DNA of 62,839 nt, the filler included, from Calcarisporiella thermophila CBS 279.70 (taxonomy: Eukaryota; Fungi; Calcarisporiellomycota): NCBI RefSeq assembly GCF_041956535.1. It is 4 parts of 3 records of this genome, joined end to end, with 100 filler letters (N's around TTAATTAATTAA, not from the genome) between each part and the next. Parts side by side here need not be neighbours in the genome. Positions count along the whole stretch, not along the records: positions 58,601 to 62,839 come from NW_027192256.1; 3 more parts are not named here. One strand, written 5' to 3'. The notes under the pieces are model-generated. The model was not told the origin of the DNA. It worked only from the letters and a program-made list of their open reading frames with translations, and searched no databases. The position numbers were made by a program, and so were the translations under genes. Positions 59,653-62,839 of the stretch are shown here, one piece after another (position 1 is the stretch's first letter; every line of letters starts with the position of its first letter).

Positions 59653-59880
59653 TTAGTTACTGTACCTGTTACACCTGTTACAATAATCATCTTTTGTGAG
59701 CGACTCCCAGACGATATTCAGCTTTTCCCACAGATCATCCTGACTCATTATCTGTGAGAATCGGTCCCTCTGTCGTTTCTTTACTTCACTCCATAGTTGC
59801 ACTATGGGATTTAGATGAGTGATAGAGACGGCCAATCAAGAGCTTGTATCTGGTTGGTTTGGAACCATCGTTCAACGAGT
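59653..59880 (-). mobile_element. Tc1/mariner transposase C-terminal remnant
   Basis: RWFQTNQIQALDWP..HLNPIVQLWSEVKKR..DLWEKL...WESL resembles the WP..SPDLNPIENLW motif. It is frameshifted. Confidence 0.7.
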
Positions 59881-60013
59881 TTTAAGTAGCCAATATTTTT
59901 GAATAAATAGTTCGCAGACCTTTTCTCCAAATGAACATACTGTATTCTTAACACACAATAATTTTGTCCGTTCAACAACCAATTAGGCTGGTTGATTTAA
60001 ATTTCCACTCCTA

Positions 60014-60480
60014 CTAGCACAGCCCAAAACAAAGAAAAATTTGAGTTAGCACAGCATAACCTTAGGCCAGGTGAACAAGCACAGCCACTATGCCTGTATG
60101 TATATACACTATAAAGTATATACAGAAGGGTAAAATTCGACGCTACAGGTGGTATTTTATTATAAAGAAAAATTTTAAATATAGATATGATTTCAGCTAG
60201 AAAGTAAACTGAATATAATGTTTAGACTAATATCAGATTATTTGAGCAAGTGACATGTTACAGAAACATTATATCTATCAGAAGTGAAGTCGATTGGGTA
60301 TTTTGGCAAAAATTTTCTAGTGCAACGTATATGGAGCCTTAACAAAATAATGTAGCATGGCGGAGCTTCTGTTAATAAACTATAACTCTAAACTCTTCGT
60401 TTTTCGATTGCAAACTTTAGGTTCTCATCACATCTTCGAGTTTCCCATTTAGTCTTATTCTTCCTGGGAAAAATTTACAC
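60014..60480 (+). repeat. Diverged direct repeat, copy 1 (upstream region of the 61156 peptide gene)
   Basis: Colinear with 62277-62780, including three GCACAGC motifs, ATATAGATATGAT, GAAGTGAA, TATAACTCTAAA, TTTCGATTGCAAACT.TAGGTTCTCATC and CTGGGAAAAATTTA. Confidence 0.8.
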
Positions 60481-61155
60481 AGAATTAGCTAATAACAGCA
60501 TTAAATAGTTTATATAAGCAATATACGTACGAAAAAGGATATAGTGTCAGAAAAACTAGCAGTTGAACAGACCAGTAGTTATTTTAACACCCAAGAAAAC
60601 CTTCCTTGCATCACAACAATATATTTCAGTTACTGTATATAGAGCACTTCAAGAGTGAGGTTTATATATTGAAGAGAACGTAGAAAAGGTCACTTATTGT
60701 CAGGATTTTTGATTGGAACTTAATTTTACATTTGATTTCTATGAAGATGAACTCTATATTCTAAATTTATTTATCCTAAGTAGGTGTAACGTCATCGCAG
60801 GCAATTAAGTTGATTAAATAAGCTGAGCTTCTTTAACAGGGTGACTCATCTCATTATAGGAAAAATATAGTCTGATAATAATATAATCTGAGACTGAAAA
60901 CGTAGCCTGGTGTTCTGCTGAAGGCATTGCCCTCGGCCGGTTTGACCTTTTTTGGTAAACGGACGAAATTCTAAGAAACTTATCGCCAATAACCTTAACT
61001 AAAAGAATGCGAGGGTACTTCGATAGCCAATGTTATTAGGAATCATGTATAGCTGGAAGTTGTCGATGTTGCCTATATAAACGGACTGAGTGTCAGCAGT
61101 AATTCTTATAATACTAGTCGTCGTTTACGATAGCGTCAATCTCATTAACACAACA

Positions 61156-61392
61156 ATGCTTCGAGTCCTTTTTTTCGTTATGTCTCTGCTGGCACTGCTT
61201 GCCATGAGCGAGGCAGGCTGTTCGCAGGACTGGTCCGACAGTCGCAGCTGCGGTGCCACTTGCGATTCGATCGACTCTTGCAGACGAAGCAGGAACAACA
61301 AGGCATACCAAGGCTACAACGTCTGGGGCTGCGATCCTAAAAAATACGGTGGCAAGAAGTATTGGTGGTCGAAACGAGATGGACAATGCTAA
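61156..61392 (+). CDS. Small secreted 6-Cys peptide (78-aa precursor)
   Basis: Signal peptide ending SEA. Mature peptide GCSQDWSDSRSCGATCDSIDSC..WGCDPKKYGGKKYWWSKRDGQC. TATATAAA at ~61074 and AATAAA downstream. Confidence 0.8.
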   Translation: MLRVLFFVMSLLALLAMSEAGCSQDWSDSRSCGATCDSIDSCRRSRNNKAYQGYNVWGCDPKKYGGKKYWWSKRDGQC

Positions 61393-61927
61393 ACAGAACC
61401 GATGATCGACGATCAAAAAGGAGCCGGTGTCCAGCAGCCAAAGTCAATCACACGTTGTATCTTCAATAAATGATTGTCTTTACTGAATTTAAAATTTATG
61501 AGAATAACGTTTATAGGAAAAAAATGTCCGATTCATTTTTAATTTCAGGAAAATTGACAATGTATCTTAAAAAAATTTTTGAAAAATTTTCAGTGGCTTA
61601 TTATTTTGCTCGAGTCTGTTACGTTTCGTAGATTCAGCTTTTCTTATACTTGTGACTATCTGAGACATCATCATTATATGCACATATATATATATTGGCT
61701 TTTGGACTTGGGAATAAACTAGGCGGAGTTTTCTCTTACTCTCCTTTCTCAAACTATCCATAACAATGGCTACTATGTAAGATAAGCCTCAAAGAGATGG
61801 CTTGGAATGAGGCCAAATTAGGATATTATACGGCGGAGATTAGAATTGGGCGAGTTGAACATTTGTGAATGGTTTCAAACGGTAATCCTTGGGAAAGCAT
61901 CACTTTTCGTATGTTTTTCTTAAGCCA

Positions 61928-62145
61928 TCCTACAAAGAGCGTAAATAGAGAAACATATAGGAAAAAGTAGAAAACATTGAGAGCCTGGAACTATTATTTC
62001 ATTATTCCTAGATTTTGTGAACAATTTCTAAGCCCCTCGTCCAAACAAAACGTTGAAAATTTAGAAAATTTACAAGAAAAGTTCCAGATTTTCCATGCTT
62101 TTTACAATTTCCTACATGCTATCTCTATACAAGCACTTTGTAGGG
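61928..62145. mobile_element. MITE with 3-bp TSD (CCA)
   Basis: TCCTACAAAGAGCGTAAATAGAGAAACATATAGGAAA is an inverted repeat of TTTCCTACATGCTATCTCTATACAAGCACTTTGTAGGG. CCA flanks both sides. Confidence 0.8.
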
Positions 62146-62276
62146 CCATTTTCTGGCACGTTTTTCTGAGATTATACTTAACCCGATTTCCTACTTTATA
62201 TCTCCGATCTAAGTATTTTATTGTCACATTTGTTCAACCATTTTCCAAACGTGGACTTCTTTACAGGGCAATGTTA

Positions 62277-62780
62277 CTTGCACAGCCCAAAGCTAAGAAA
62301 AAATTGAGTTAGCACAGCTCAAAGCTTTAAATCAAGTGAACAAGCACAGCCACCATGCCTATATGAAATGTATATTATACCTTATAGCATAAATAGAAAT
62401 GGGTAAACTTCGGCCTTACAGGCAGTAACCTATCATAAAGAAGAGTTTATAAATATAGATATGATACCGACGAGTGATAGTGGTAACTGAATACATTTTT
62501 TACGCAGGTATCGGATTATAAAGGAAAATAATAATCGTTGTTATTGAAAAAAAATAATTTGTGATAATCGGAAGTGAAACCAATTATTAATTTTGGCAAT
62601 AAAAAATAGTGCCACGTTAAACATTGGCATTAAATAATGTAGTGTGGCGATGCATGGCAATGCTTATCTTAGTCAATTATAACTCTAAATGCTCCTTATT
62701 TCGATTGCAAACTCTAGGTTCTCATCGAATGTTTGGTTTATCCATTTTGTCTTAATAATTCTGGGAAAAATTTATTTGTG
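62277..62780 (+). repeat. Diverged direct repeat, copy 2
   Basis: Colinear with 60014-60480. Confidence 0.8.
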
Positions 62781-62839
62781 CTTAGTAAATAATAGAATTA
62801 GATATTTCATCCAAGTAATATACTCTTCATAGGAATCCC

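Overview
Eukaryotic, intron-containing sequence, most likely from an early-diverging (non-Dikarya) fungus. That call is inferred from short GT-AG introns plus a B12-dependent class II ribonucleotide reductase, a U11/U12 48K-like protein, a Pol iota-like polymerase and a Crinkler-type relic. The window is not one molecule: three artificial 100-nt spacers (N44-TTAATTAATTAA-N44) join four contigs (1-18328, 18429-45114, 45215-58500, 58601-62839). A compact housekeeping block at 26.6-43.4 kb holds NrdJ, an RPA14-like gene, Pol iota-like, OST3, YVH1, a CCCH/MYND protein, ALG6, SNRNP48-like and GPI7. AT-rich, repeat-rich accessory DNA flanks it and carries: an F-box/LRR gene, a spliced SUKH (SMI1/KNR4)-like gene, a decayed Crinkler NTPase-nuclease, a divergent profilin-like gene, an orphan 7TM protein, four small secreted Cys-rich proteins, an S28 peptidase, ABCB/PMA1 pseudogene fragments, tRNA-Lys(CTT), tRNA-derived SINEs, CCCTACAAA-ended MITEs and solo LTRs. 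The best leads are the spliced NrdJ with a possible organellar presequence, a hairpin-dense noncoding ~550 nt candidate RNA, the SUKH/Crinkler neighbourhood, the novel secreted peptides, and retroelements stacked upstream of Pol III-type heads. All family calls come from motif recognition by eye; no searches were run.
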